Shown in pieces: positions 11,828 through 24,290 of a stretch of 63,917 bases of DNA. This DNA comes from Phoronis australis. Lineage: Eukaryota > Animalia > Phoronida. The notes below the pieces were generated by a model that worked only from the letters and a program-made list of their open reading frames with translations, did no database searches and was not told where the DNA came from. Position numbers and translations under genes: made by a program. Location: assembly GCA_002633005.1 (NCBI GenBank), contig NMRA01000224.1:54910-118826 (forward strand), in the 5' to 3' direction. Within the stretch, counting starts at the first letter, position 1. Every line of letters starts with the position of its first letter.

Positions 11828-12552
11828 AGGCGTCCTCAGCTTCTTGATCGTCCTCAATACACTATATATAATATTACAAGGTATGACATTCCAGACCAGA
11901 AACTCCACGGGTACTTCCCTTCAGCCGCCCATAGCAAACACATGGCAAAACTGGCAATAAATTTACACAAAACAGAGGTTCAACAAACCATGAGGAATTG
12001 TGCTTTCTCTCAAAACCATTTACGGTGTCCTGCTCTACCGAGTTCGCAAGAAATTCGCGGTCAAAGCACAAAAATCTTCCCAAAAAGCCCACGCATCGAG
12101 CCTCCTTGGACGGTTCGAGGTCAAGGACGGTATGGAATTATCCGATTCGAGTTACGGGTCATCACCGAAGGTTACGTATGGCCTGGCTTTGAGTGGAGTC
12201 AGAGACCGTGTCTTTGGTGGAGTTATCGATGTCGTGACACTCCGTGACAAATCGACAATTGCCGTACCGTCCTTGACCTCGAACCGTCCGAGGAGGCTCG
12301 ATGCGTGGGCTTTTTGGGAACATTTTTGTGCTTTGACCGCGAATTTGTTGCGATCTCGCTGGAGCAGGACACCGTGAATGGTATTGGAAGAACAATTGCT
12401 AATGTTGAAACCTTGTTTTGTGTAAATTTATTGAGTTTTTTGTTTGATATGGACGGCTGAAGTGAAGCACCCGTGGAATTTCTCAGGGGTCGGGAATGTC
12501 ATACCTTGTAGTATTATAGTGTCTAGGGGACGATCAGAAGCTGAGGACGCCT
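11828..12552. mobile_element. Foldback/MITE with long inverted repeats (~725 bp, near-palindromic)
   Basis: AGGCGTCCTCAGCTT...AAGCTGAGGACGCCT termini; arms are reverse-complementary for ~300 bp (mirror-image ORFs ..QIRGQSTK.FPKSPRIEPP.TVRGQGRYG on both strands). Confidence 0.85.
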
Positions 12553-12968
12553 ATGGGTTGTATTAGTGTTTTGCAGGCGATAAAATGTAAGGCGTATGAA
12601 TTTCTACTTTGCACTACTTTGCGATTTGCCCATATAATAACAAAAAATTGCGTACTCGGTGTTATTAACCAGTTGTTTCGTAACACATTTCAGGGCATGT
12701 GAGAAATCAAAATACGCCACATGTCACACCTTGTCAGATCGCTAAATGTCGCGAGTGTAAAAAGTTACTAAGAGACTGGAACACGTTTGTCATTCTCTCA
12801 CTATCGAACGTGGATGCGGTTTATATAGCTTCATTCGACAGTTGTAACTGTAAGGCAACCAGTTGATTGGCCAGCTGTGCTGCACGGTGCTGCACGTAAC
12901 ACTTGCTCGAACACTTTATGGGCGTAGAATTCCTTGGGCGTCTCGGGCTTACCCGCGCACTAAATTCC

Positions 12969-13524
12969 GTCTTCGCACACTATTCACTATTTTTGGGTCT
13001 GGCGGACTTACATTTTCTTTGCTCGCGCACAGGTAGGAACATGTGACCCTCATGGCGGGAAGGTTGGTTTTCTGACTTGTGCGGACTCTCCCATCTAACA
13101 ATAACGAAATTAATTTAGTTTGAAGACAGAACCGACTGTAATTCATCTCACATGATTAGGAATAACGACCAGACCCCGACAAGTGGCAGAAAAAGAACAC
13201 CGAGCCGAAACTCTAGTGAACTCCGAGCTTCGACGTCAAAAAAACCTCTGAAGCAACCGACAATGGACGCCATATTGACAGGAAAGGGACAAAATGTCAC
13301 CAAGAAGACTCGGTCATTGAAAGATGAACTAAAGGAGGCACTCATGGACTCAGATATCCAGTCACTGTTTACAAACATGATAAAGCCCTTAATTGACGCT
13401 GGTTTGTCTGAAATGTATAAAGCACTAGAGCTTCAATACGATCAAAAAATGGCTGAAAAGTCTTCGCACACTATTCACTATTTTTGGGTCTGGCGGACTT
13501 ACATTTTCTTTGCTCGCGCACAGG
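12969..13524 (+). mobile_element. LINE 5' UTR plus ORF1 N-terminal fragment flanked by a 65-bp perfect direct repeat
   Basis: Identical 65-mers at 12969-13033 and 13460-13524; between them a CATGGCGG...CTCTCCC 5'UTR-like segment and ORF 13152 with a basic N-terminus plus helical region. ORF1 identity is an inference. Confidence 0.5.
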
Positions 13525-13865
13525 CTTAGTATGACTAAGTATCTATATTTTTAATAAAATTTGATCGACTGGATAACGTTCACAGCATGAAGTGAAAAAA
13601 GACGTAACTGATGTCACGATATTCAGATATCTTAATAAAATAAAAACACCTTAAGCGTGTCTGGTGATCATGAAAATAGTTCAGCGCCTCGATCAACCAA
13701 CGGAGAACTACATGTGGTATTGGGGCAGGGAACAATGTGGGGCAGGACTATACTGACCGCGAGCAAAGAAATTTGTTCGCGATTCGTCCGTAAGAGGCGA
13801 AAAGCGTGTGTGCGAAATCAATTTTGACGCGGAATCCACTAGACCGCGCACGAGCAGAAAATTTT

Positions 13866-13988
13866 GGGCTACCCTGCATCATCACTGACGCTTCGTCTTT
13901 CCACAAAACTAAGGCATTTAAGACTTCTTAGTTTAAATGCCTTGGTTTTGTTGAAGGACGAAGCGCCAGTGATGACGCAGGGTAGCCC
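13866..13988. repeat. 123-bp hairpin / miniature inverted-repeat element
   Basis: GGGCTACCCTGCATCATCACTG...CAGTGATGACGCAGGGTAGCCC, ~55-bp arms with a short loop. Confidence 0.85.
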
Positions 13989-14208
13989 TTTTTTACTTCT
14001 GACGTCAAATGGCTAGGTTAATTGCTGAACTTTGGTATGAACGAAGCAGCTTCGCTCGGTGATAGCACGGATTGTCTGTTGCGTTCATATCTTGACCCTA
14101 GGACTTGGTTGGTATTTGATTAAATGTTCTTATCACGTCATGATAATAAGTATAAATTGGAGAAATCATGTGATGATCCTTACTCGCCGTGAGGTGCCTG
14201 CGTGAATT

Positions 14209-17200
14209 ATGTCGGGTGACACCGCTAACAGGTAAGATATGCATTAATTCTCAGTGATTTCGATATGCAGCTCCCAATGCCGTACTAATCCTTAAGCTAA
14301 GCTATAACCATAGGACTCTGAAGGATTCAGGGAACCCGTCTTGCCGCAGCCAGTGGAACTCCACCTGCTTTTGTAAAACTTGATAATAGACCTCGGGCAG
14401 TAGGTCACGTGAGGAGCCTTATAAAACCACTTGCGACTATTGGGAGCGGGGAGGATTTTGCGTTGACGTCGCAAACCATAGTATTTTTTTAAAATGAAAT
14501 GTCGCCATGTTTAAATTTGAACATTTCTGTGAAGTTTTTCTCGGACATTCCGCCACTCGAGGGTTTAGTCTATATATGTATGAGAAAAGTTGAGTTTGTA
14601 CTAAAAGCTAGATTCGCGTCGACTAAAATCGAGGCGGCTTTTACTGCGTGGTTTTCTTATACACTCTTAGGTTTTCTGAGCGATTTTCGATTACATCAAA
14701 AGCGGTAAACCGCGCGGGAAAACTGTACCCGAAACTGTCTTGTTGAAAAACTGCTAATGTGTAGTTTGACAAGTTGTCGGAAATGGCACTGGCGTAGCTA
14801 CGGTGGAGCACAAGGGGCCGTGGCCCTACCTGCAAAGTTCAAAGAAGTCATTCAACGCGCGTGAGCTTGCATGGAAGTTGCCATGTTGCTAAGAGTAAGC
14901 GCGTGAGCGCCTGAGTCAGCGGCCGGTCAAGCAGCGGACGTTTTCGCTGATCAAGTAAAGCAAGGTTTTCACGCCAATCTCCATTTGCTACTTAACACGT
15001 TTCCGTGCTGTTTGGGAAGAATTTTGCTTGCGCAATCAGAGCGAACAACCACCCGTAGATAATCGCGAGTCAATATTTCGAAGACGGGGAAATTGCAACG
15101 AACTTAAAAATAATTGTAAATGTCTGTATTGAAGAGTATAATTATCTTAATGAGAAAAATACATAGTGGAAATTGTTAAAATGAAAGTAAAGGTACTCGA
15201 AGATGGAAATGAAATTAGAAAACGCTGGAGAAGAAAAGTTGATTGAACTTGCTAATATGAATGAATGAATGAATCTTTATTTTAAACAGTACACACCATG
15301 GATTTTTGCACATTGTGAATTATCGGTGGCCACAGACTAAATGTAGGACTTAAAATTTAGCTAAATCCATGCTTATTTTGTGTAATTAGCTCAAAATTTT
15401 GATTTTTCTTTCAATTTTGCCAGTTTTCACATTTCCCGCCATGTGACGTCATGGGTTGAACACACGAGATCAGTGACTAGCATTGAACAAATGCGGAGAG
15501 TAGGGAATTTGAAAGCGACGACGATTATGAGCAAGAATTGAACGAATACTATGAAGAAACGTATGGGAATGGTGGTCAGGATGAGGAAATGGGGTTGCAC
15601 GAAAGCGAGAACGAGTTTGATGTGCTTCCGGCAGCGTACTTTTCTACTTTGAGGCTTTACGAAGTGGATCCTCCGGCGAGAGAACCGGCATCGGGCTGGG
15701 TGAGTCAACCCAGACGTCCAACGGACGATCCTGAATAAAGAGCCGATGTTTCTGAATGGTAAATACCGGTATTGTCCTTTAATGAACCAGGCCTTCGTCG
15801 TAACGTCTCCTCTGACTGAAGTCGAAACACGAGTCCTCAAAATAGGCAGAACACAGAGTGGCCCCGGACCGAATCGTTTGGTCCACGCTGAGGTCCCACA
15901 CTCTCGTTCGGCGCACGAAGCGATGCCACTTCTGCGCAACTTTAGTGTACTTTGGAACACCGAGACGTTCTCCGCCTGGCTGCTGTTGCTGCAGCCTCCG
16001 CAAACACAACTTTTCACCCCTCTACGAACCTTCTCGATTCTAAAATACTTTGCTTTCACTTCACTCTATGGCACTTTGTCTCTGATCCGAACACTATGGC
16101 GAACGACTTGGGTTCAACCATTGACGTTGTACATAATTATTTTTTTCCCAATTTTTGTGTGTTTCTTTATGAGCTGTGCACTAAAGGCTCTGAAATCAAG
16201 TGAGATATAATAATAAAATTTATTTTGAGGTACTAGAGTCATGTTGTGTACACTTTAAGTCATAGTATTGTGTCTTATAGAAGCACCCAGCCTCTATGAG
16301 GCTTACAATACTGTAGCAATTAAACAAATTAATTAATGACAACATGGAGGAACATGGAAAAATATGATGATATTACTTACAGTCGTCAAGTGTTCACTAA
16401 ATATCGCCCATCAATTCGTCTACTCTATATATAGAAACCTCTTTAGAAGTTTGCTTTTATTGTCAGTCGAAAGCGTATACTAGCAATCTAGTTATGATGA
16501 CAGCACTTGATATTGAAGAAGACAAAAGTCCCACTGATGGGGGTCGGGAATGGCAGAGAGGGATAGAGGGAGGGACACAGGGAGAACCGAGAAACGGCCG
16601 GGAGAGTGCCCGAGGGTACAGTACACTGTAAACCAACGAAGAAAATGTTCTGAGGATTGATAACGCATGCTTGAATATTTTTCAGATTGGCTCAGCTGAC
16701 TGATTACATTCATCCATATCTGACAAAACTTGACTACGCCTCCGTATCAACGAATGCCTGTGTCATCGCAGCGTCATTTCTGTTTTTTTCTCTCATATAC
16801 ATTCTGTCAGCAGCCGTCGCCAGTCAGACATGGACCTACAATAATCTTCGAAAGAAAGAAAAAATCTTTTGGAATTTATCCGTTGTTAGAGGCGTCTTTG
16901 GAGCATTTGGGACTGTTGTTGGCATATGGACAATCTGGTTTGATACGGAGCTTGTTAAAGATGTCGTATTTGGGAAGACGCCAACTAGTTGTTTCGCGCT
17001 CAACGTCACAATTGGGTTCTTTATATTGGAGTGCACTGCACTTTTGATCACCGATTTAGTGTTCAAGCAGCAGAGTCTACTTCTCAATATCCATCACTGG
17101 TTAGCGCTCGGCGGTTACTTGATGGTCCTTTCCTTGGGTAGCAGTCATTACTTCGGAATGGTGGGTTTGATGCTCGAGATGAGCACGCCCTTCAGCGCAC

Positions 17201-17523
17201 TCTGTTGGACATTGTTGAAATGCGGCCAAGCAAATACACTTCTGTGGAAAGCGAACCAGACTATTCTGGTGCACTTATTCCACTGTCGAACAATTCTCGA
17301 GGGATACATGTGGTTGGAGACCTATCGCCACTGGAACGCAATTTGGTCTTTGATGCCTCGTCCCATTTTCGTAAGCCTATACACACAACTGACGCTCATA
17401 TTCTTTGTCATGACGCCATATTGGACATACAAAAAGACGGTACAGATGCATCGGCCAGTAGACTGGAACTTCGAAGATTCTGAAAAGTCAAAGGCCACAA
17501 ACGGTTTTACAAAAAGCGAATGA
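14209..17523 (+). CDS. CLN8: CLN8 ortholog (TLC-domain ER membrane protein), join(14209..14231,16686..17523)
   Basis: LDYAS, KEKIFWNL, GFFILE, IHH, LLEMSTPF, WKANQ..VHLFHCR, PYWTYKKT...PVDWNF match human CLN8. The TTG ORF start sits behind acceptor ttttcag; an upstream ATG exon (MSGDTANR) ends in AG|gtaag with matching phase 2. The exon-1 assignment is less certain. Confidence 0.88.
15286..16254 (-). mobile_element. Non-autonomous Kolobok-like DNA transposon with a frameshifted THAP domain (CLN8 intron)
   Basis: TTAA flanks at 15282-85 and 16255-58; imperfect TIR (ACAGTACACACCATG / AGTGTACACAACATG); THAP remnant KSCVCGGCSN..VSVF/PK...KWHRFV...LCSAYFEDSCF at ~15790-16020. Confidence 0.7.
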
Positions 17524-18501
17524 ATTAATGGAGTTTGAAAGCCGTGTTTCCTGGCACAACCCGTGCTGACCTACTCTGGTAAACAGAGGTCAGATTTGAA
17601 GTAAGCAAACTTCACTAGTGTTGATCTTTACAGCTACATCCATAGAGCGCCAAAGAACTGACAATTGCGGATGAAGACTTAAACAGAACATGTGACGTCG
17701 TTGGGTTGGGTTTACGAACCGATCGGTTCGACGGAACTATATAAAATGTAGTCAGGACATATCAGTTATAAAAATTGATGCAGTCACCAGTAATTGTGCA
17801 GCGAAGCTGCCTTTTTGTGTAGAATTGTTGTCTTCAATTCAAATTTAGTTACATTAATGTGCGCAGTCTTCCATCGAAGTTTTAGTACATACCGTCACTG
17901 TGTCGTAAAACCACGACCTCTCATTATTTTTGAGAGAGTATGCTCCGTAAGCCGGACAGGATCAAGTTGTCGGCTTTTGGGATTACCAGATTGCATAGAC
18001 TCAAGTGATGGCGAATTTGGTTAAATTATTTTCATGTAATTAAAGGAATCGGTTCATTCTTTACGTGCAGTTGCAATATTTGACGGCACTGTGAACATCA
18101 CGAGTGTGGACAGTCCTGCAGTTTGTACGAGGCTTAAGTTCATTGCAAGCTCAAAAAATCAAACATATTTTGACAATTTGGGACCAATTTCATAATGGTA
18201 AGTGGTCTAAATCAAAATTTAGTTTCTGTTACGGAAATGCGATTAGGTGCATGCGCCTTTGCTTCATTTTAAGCGCACGCGACTATGTCTTGTCCAAGTA
18301 GATAGTTAGCCAATACTCAGATCTCCTATTACCGACTAGTAGAAAGTACGTCTGATCAGATGGTTGTTGGCACTAAAACCCTGCCTCGTTCCTTAGAAAA
18401 AAAATAGCTTTTACCGAAACGGTTTCAAAATTGGTCTCAGCGTTCTTCTCATTTAGATGAGAAGAACTTTTTGGTTTTGCAACGAGCTGACAGTGCGTTA
18501 T

Positions 18502-18579
18502 TGCTCGAGACTGTGCTCGAGACTGTGCTCGAGACTGTGCTCGAGACTGTGCTCGAGACTGTGCTCGAGACTGTGCTCG
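18502..18579. repeat. 12-bp minisatellite (CTCGAGACTGTG) x6
   Basis: Directly visible perfect tandem array. Confidence 0.95.
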
Positions 18580-18756
18580 GCGAATAGGAAGACACGCCGT
18601 GACAAGTCATCTTGAGCAGTCGATCGTGTCTCGGGCAATTACGGTCTGTCAAACCGTCAGTTCTGCCCAATACCCACCTTTTGAAGGAGCAAATTAAATC
18701 CAGTTTCATAGCAGTGAGTGGCTAAACCAAAGCCCAGTTATATAGCGGGTAAAACG

Positions 18757-19031
18757 AGCGTTCACATGCGTCCTATAAGCCACATTTCCAGTACTTGGGC
18801 TTAGCACATGTATAGAATTCTGTTATTCTATCCTTTCACTCCGGGTGGACCGAACCTAAACTATAAATTACCGCTTCTCACGGACCGAAGAAGGTAACCT
18901 GCCCTGTGATTTGGGTCCGACTATACTAATACAGCTATGAGAACGCAGACCAAACAAAGTCGATGTGTCTCTAGATCAAACGTCTGACGAGAGTTCACAA
19001 ATGAATTTTATTCTGACGACATGTGAACGCT
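18757..19031. mobile_element. Putative MITE
   Basis: 12-bp inverted termini AGCGTTCACATG / CATGTGAACGCT. Confidence 0.5.
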
Positions 19032-21049
19032 GCATAAATTGTGTTTTCTTTATGTGTATTGTCTTTGTGCTTTTGTTTTAATAGTTTGAGCTGGTTGAAT
19101 ACTAGTCTCAATTTTTCGTTTTGCAATGGATAAGTCAAGTTTTACTCACAAGTTGTTCCTTGATTTTTACTCAAGTGTTTCTTATATTGACGCATGTGCC
19201 CTAGTTTCCAAGCGGATGAGTATGAACACTCATAATTTTTTTATACGCCATTTGATGGAAAGCATTGATATTCCCGAGTCTTATTCAGATCATGGGCGTT
19301 TAGTGTAGCCATTCAACAATAAATTATAACAAACCAATTAATCAATCATTACAGATTATTGATGCACTTTTTCTCACACACACATTAGCAAAAACTACAA
19401 TGTCCATGCTATGTGAGTAGGACTGACGGGGAATTTTTATGAAGGAAATATAGAACATAGTCCATCAGTGTCTGTCATTTTAAAATACCCAAATCTCGGA
19501 CTCTTGCCGCAGATAATACTAGTTTAGAAATACCCTATTGTCCAACAAACTGTTGTCAAGTCACGCACCTGACAGCCAGGTGATCGATGCTGCGAAAAAG
19601 ACTACACAGCAAATTGAGCAGACGGCGTGGTTTCTTCGTAGCTTATGCAAAAAAAAATGGCGAAATGCAAAATCTCAGTGAATAGTGCTTTAGTTGGTAG
19701 ACTTTCATACAGAGGAAGTAAGCTTTTTGCTATTGAACCATCTCCTTTGAGATGAGCTTGACTGTATTACGTATGAAAATCGAGGCCGTGAAAGGCGTAG
19801 ACCTACAGTTCACAGTGAACAAAATAGATAATATATTTATACAATAAAGGCATTATAACAAATTAGATAAAACTATAACTCCGTGAATGCCGAAATTACA
19901 AATGACAAAACTTTCTGGAGATAGGCTTTCGCGTATAGTAATCCACATAATTATGTCAGTACGTCTGATATAACAGTTCAACGTTTTGTCGCGTGTCGTG
20001 ATAGCCTAAAACAAAGCAAAATCCACGAATCAAAGTTTGCAAGGAGCATATAGCCTATTTCTCATTTTTGTCATTAACAAAAAATGCATTGATTCCGTAC
20101 AACAAAACTCAACGTAGTGCCGTACCAAAATATCTACAGTCCTGCAAAAATAGAATAACTTGCCGGCCGCCGTACCAGTGTGATTTTTCTGTTATCACGC
20201 GGTTACGCTTCAGTTCGACTGCCGGTTCTTACGTGACTGTCGTATGCATGCTCCTAACCAGAGTGTGCACAGGGTTTCGACTTCTCTAGTTAATAGCCGG
20301 CTGCGAATAGTGTAGCCTAATGCCCCCTTAGCCATGGTTCAATCAAGTTAAAATCATTTAACGAAAAAGTGTGCGCGTTTTACGACACATTTCAATGTGA
20401 GCTGGACTGCTGAAAAATCTTAGATTTGTTGTATGTAGTAGAGCTCCCCAAGAGTCAACTGAGTGAATTGTGAAAACCCATACTGCCTATATGTCACAGA
20501 TCAGTACATTACGGTCTTTGGCGGGTGGTCTATTCCCACAGTTGCCGTACGTAATTCGCTAAAAGCGAACGTCGCGCTTGCTCGTGTAGCAAACTTCGAA
20601 AGGAATTTTCAAATTTCCTCCAAACGTTTGGGGGTTGTCGAGGGTTACGAAGCATTTTCTTGTTTCAGAGAACTGTGTGGGAAAGTTATTTCAGTATCTA
20701 AGTGTTAGGAAAAAAACTGGTTTGTTGCAGGAAAAATTCCATGGCGGCGTTTTCCCCCGTTGATCCCAATGATGCCTGGGCTGCAACGATTCCTGAGGAG
20801 TTGCTTGAAATTTGGTTTTGTAGTCTTGCGCGGACAACAGGCAAACACGTAGCTGAATGTCACGGTTGTAGGCACCTTGAAAAGGCTTGGTATCGACAAT
20901 GCTAACTGCTGAGGGAAATGCCACGTACTGGAGACATCCCGGCGTGCAAGTCGTTGTAATCCAACGCGAATGCTATCTTTTAGTCTCACACACACACACT
21001 CATTGTTGCAGGCATTGACAACATCTCATGGTGATAGCCCGTTCAGGCC

Positions 21050-21190
21050 CATGGGCGGCGCACCATAGGGGGATGGGGCTATAGCCCCCACTTTTTTCAA
21101 TGCTACGCCGCACGTGGTCTATAGCTGGTGCACCACAGGGGGGCTGAAGGGGCTTGAGTCCCCCACTTTTTCAGTGCTGCGTCGCCCATG
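21050..21190. mobile_element. Short MITE
   Basis: CATGGGCGGCGCA...TGCGTCGCCCATG inverted termini with an internal duplicated GGGG...CCCCCACTTTT unit. Confidence 0.6.
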
Positions 21191-21579
21191 CAGGCTCGAG
21201 TATACTCACTGGAAATGAGAAAGAACACGTTACCTAGTAACTTGTCGAGAATGAAATAATTTACTACTTTTTGATGATCACTGAGTCCCAAGACAACACT
21301 TCCTAAATGAAGTACATATCATAAAACAAATATTCCGAATTTGTAGAAACTGAAAAAAACGTCAATGATATGTCCAGTATTCGTTGGGCGGCAAGGAGCG
21401 ATGTTTACATGGCGAGAAGGTCAGAGGAGTCTCAAAAAAAATGTAATTATTGGCGCTGATACATGTCCACAACAACAACGAGTTATAGTTACTGACAGCG
21501 TTTTGAGAAGATAAATCCCAGGAAGATTAATTTGTAAAAGTATGTGTATGTCGCCGGAAAATGGAACTTACATACGGAC

Positions 21580-23941
21580 AAATCACAATCAAGGTCCATA
21601 TTCGGTGGCCACTGTTGGTGAAGAATGAAGGTTGTCATATAACTGTGAAAGCTGGGTTATTTTAAAGTACCATCATTCCAGGTTTGTAATCTAAAATATT
21701 TTTGCACAAGAATAACCGAACAAAATTTTATGGCCTAATGCATTGCAGTTGCATAAAAGGGTACGTACACTACAACTTGTGGTCACAGCCCACTTCTATC
21801 ATGCAAATATTCATAAGGTACGTAAGGTAACTATTAATTTAATAAGTTCTTGATCAAATTGAAGAAGTATAACGGTTATTACCGTGTTGATCAAGGTGTT
21901 CTAGATGATGATACATTGCATATCTTATCACAGTATACTGAGTCCTTCTTCTTTTGCAATATGATTCTTACAAAAAGAAAATGACAAGTAACTACTTTTT
22001 TCAAAAACTTTATTGGTGCTATTTGCGTAGTTTTCAACACATTAACCAGTTGGTCAAAATAGTTAAAGCAATGCTAGGCCCAATGTTCAACTTGTAAACA
22101 GTAAAAAATGGTACTGGTTGNNNNNNGGGGGGGGGGGGTACGTACACTATGCACAGTCAATCAACGTCAAATTTTGACTAAGTTACAAATGTATAGGATG
22201 ATCTCGAGTTTTGTGTTGCCTCTACTAGTTGTTTTGTTGCAAATTGTCTTGGGAGATAGAGGACCTGCCTGTGCAACATCAGTTGTCACGTGACGTGTCT
22301 TCTAGGATGTTACTAGCCAAGTCCTGTGTGGCATTTTATTGCCCACAAATTTAATATTGTCCATTGTATTTTGTCAGACTGGATGCATTCTGGAAATATC
22401 AGTATTGTTCATGAGAACCGCAGTATTTAAAAATACTTTTGTGCAATATTTTATAGCACAGAGGTTGAAGGTAATGTAGTACAGTAAGTACACTACACAG
22501 GGGTACGTACACTACATTTCAATGACTTGTCAGGTTTATAAAAAATACTTAGAATCTACTTAGAGTTAGTTCATTTACCAAATCTATTCAAAGAGAACAA
22601 ATAAAAAGTACAACATAAATGTATATATCTGTCTGTCATTATTTGAAAACAGGCACATGTTAAAATATAGGGTTACGTACACTACACAAATGCTAAAATT
22701 TCACTCAAAACAAATGTATTTGTAATGAATACCCTTTTAACCTAGCATTTTTAATGGAGGAAACTGTCTGTAACATACTTACCATGTAATATTTTTGTTT
22801 CATGCTATTTGTTCACATCAGGGTACGTACACTACATTTCAATGACATGTCAGGTGTGTAACTAAATACCAAGAATCTACGGAAGGTTAGTTGATTTACT
22901 AAATCAATTCAAAGAGAAAAATTAAAAAGCCCAGCATTCATGTGCATATCTGCCATACTTTGTAAATAGACACAAATTAAAATATGGAGGTACGTACACC
23001 ACACAACTGCTAATTTTTCACTTGAAACAAATTTATTTGCAATAAACATCCTTTTAACCTAACATTCTTAAGGAAGGAAACTGTCGATGACCAATGTTGC
23101 TCACTTATCAAGTGATATTTTAATTTCATGATATTTGTAAATATGGGGGTACGTACACTACAAAAGGGGGTACGTACACTACATCACTGTTTCTGCATCA
23201 CATGGTAACATAATGTTGCATGGCATTTTATTTTTCTTTGATGATAATAAGCTCCATGTTGTTATTTAAAAGGCAATAATTTCATTTGCAATGACCATTT
23301 GTGTTACTGAATTCCACATGGGGGTGCGTACACTACATTTTGTTAGCCTTTTTGGCCTATTTTCAATATAGCAGAACCCAGTATTATCCAAACTTTTGGT
23401 TTGTTTAGATATTGAATAATATGCTGTGTTGCCTAGGCTAACATATTCTGCAGTTCTTTTTATTACAGAGCGTGAACATTAGTTTTTAACCTTCTTTACA
23501 GTAGGTGAGGGTTAGAAACACAGAATTTACAAATTTCGTAACGAGTGCCTGTTTTATGATGAACCCTACCATTTTTCAATGATTAAGCACAACTTCATCT
23601 AATTGACTCTGAAAGTGACTCAAGTTATTCCCACAATCCCAGTCATATCAAAGCAATTGCTTACTTAATAAAATAAATTTCTTTTCTACTGCATGTTGAC
23701 AGTCGAAAATTTTATTTTTTAAAATGGACACTCGTAACGCTAAAAATGCATGAAAATCGTAGACAAAAACATGCATAAATTTCTCAAACATTGTCCGATT
23801 TTGATGATTCTTTTTTAATTTGCACAACTAAATAACTCTTTGCATATGAGATTCAGTGGGCATTTGTTAAGTGACCAAAAAAAAAAAAAATTTTAGACCG
23901 TAACACAGTCAACTCTCGAATATAGACCTTGCTTGTGATTT
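21580..23941. mobile_element. ~2.36-kb non-autonomous DNA transposon with reiterated internal GGTACGTACACTACA motifs
   Basis: ~25-bp TIR AAATCACAATCAAGGTCCATATTCG / CGAATATAGACCTTGCTTGTGATTT; ~9 copies of the motif; ~320-bp internal duplication (22500-22820 vs 22820-23145). Confidence 0.75.
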
Positions 23942-24290
23942 AGCTGATAAGGAGTTACTGTATTGTATAGTTGTTTCTTCAAGTTGACAGGCAGTAACTA
24001 ATATTGAAAACTTATTGCGTCGCCTACTGGTTAGATCCTTATAGGGGCACTCCCGAAAAAGGTACAGAGCCGACTCCAGTTTTTGCGAAATATCATTAAA
24101 TGTTCCACTGTTTTAGAAATTCGAACCACCCCTTGGCTACGGCCTGAGATTCTTTGGAGGAGTGTCCCCCCAACTGTCCCAACTGCGCACGACGTCGCCG
24201 ACCTCTAAATAGGTCACACGACACTCGAGAGGGACACTACGCATAACGTGTTTGGGTGCTTGTGTCCAGTTTTGTATTGCTGCCATCACC

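Noticed and set aside
11705-12395. ORFs of 180, 125 and 77 aa
   Set aside because: Artefacts of the palindromic element
16687-16689. Non-AUG (TTG) start for CLN8
   Set aside because: It lies immediately after a splice acceptor; a phase-compatible ATG exon exists at 14209-14231
21750-23340. CRISPR-like appearance of the recurring GTACGTACACTACA motif
   Set aside because: Spacing is irregular (20-370 bp), spacers are partly duplicated, there are no cas genes, the context is eukaryotic, and it lies within TIRs
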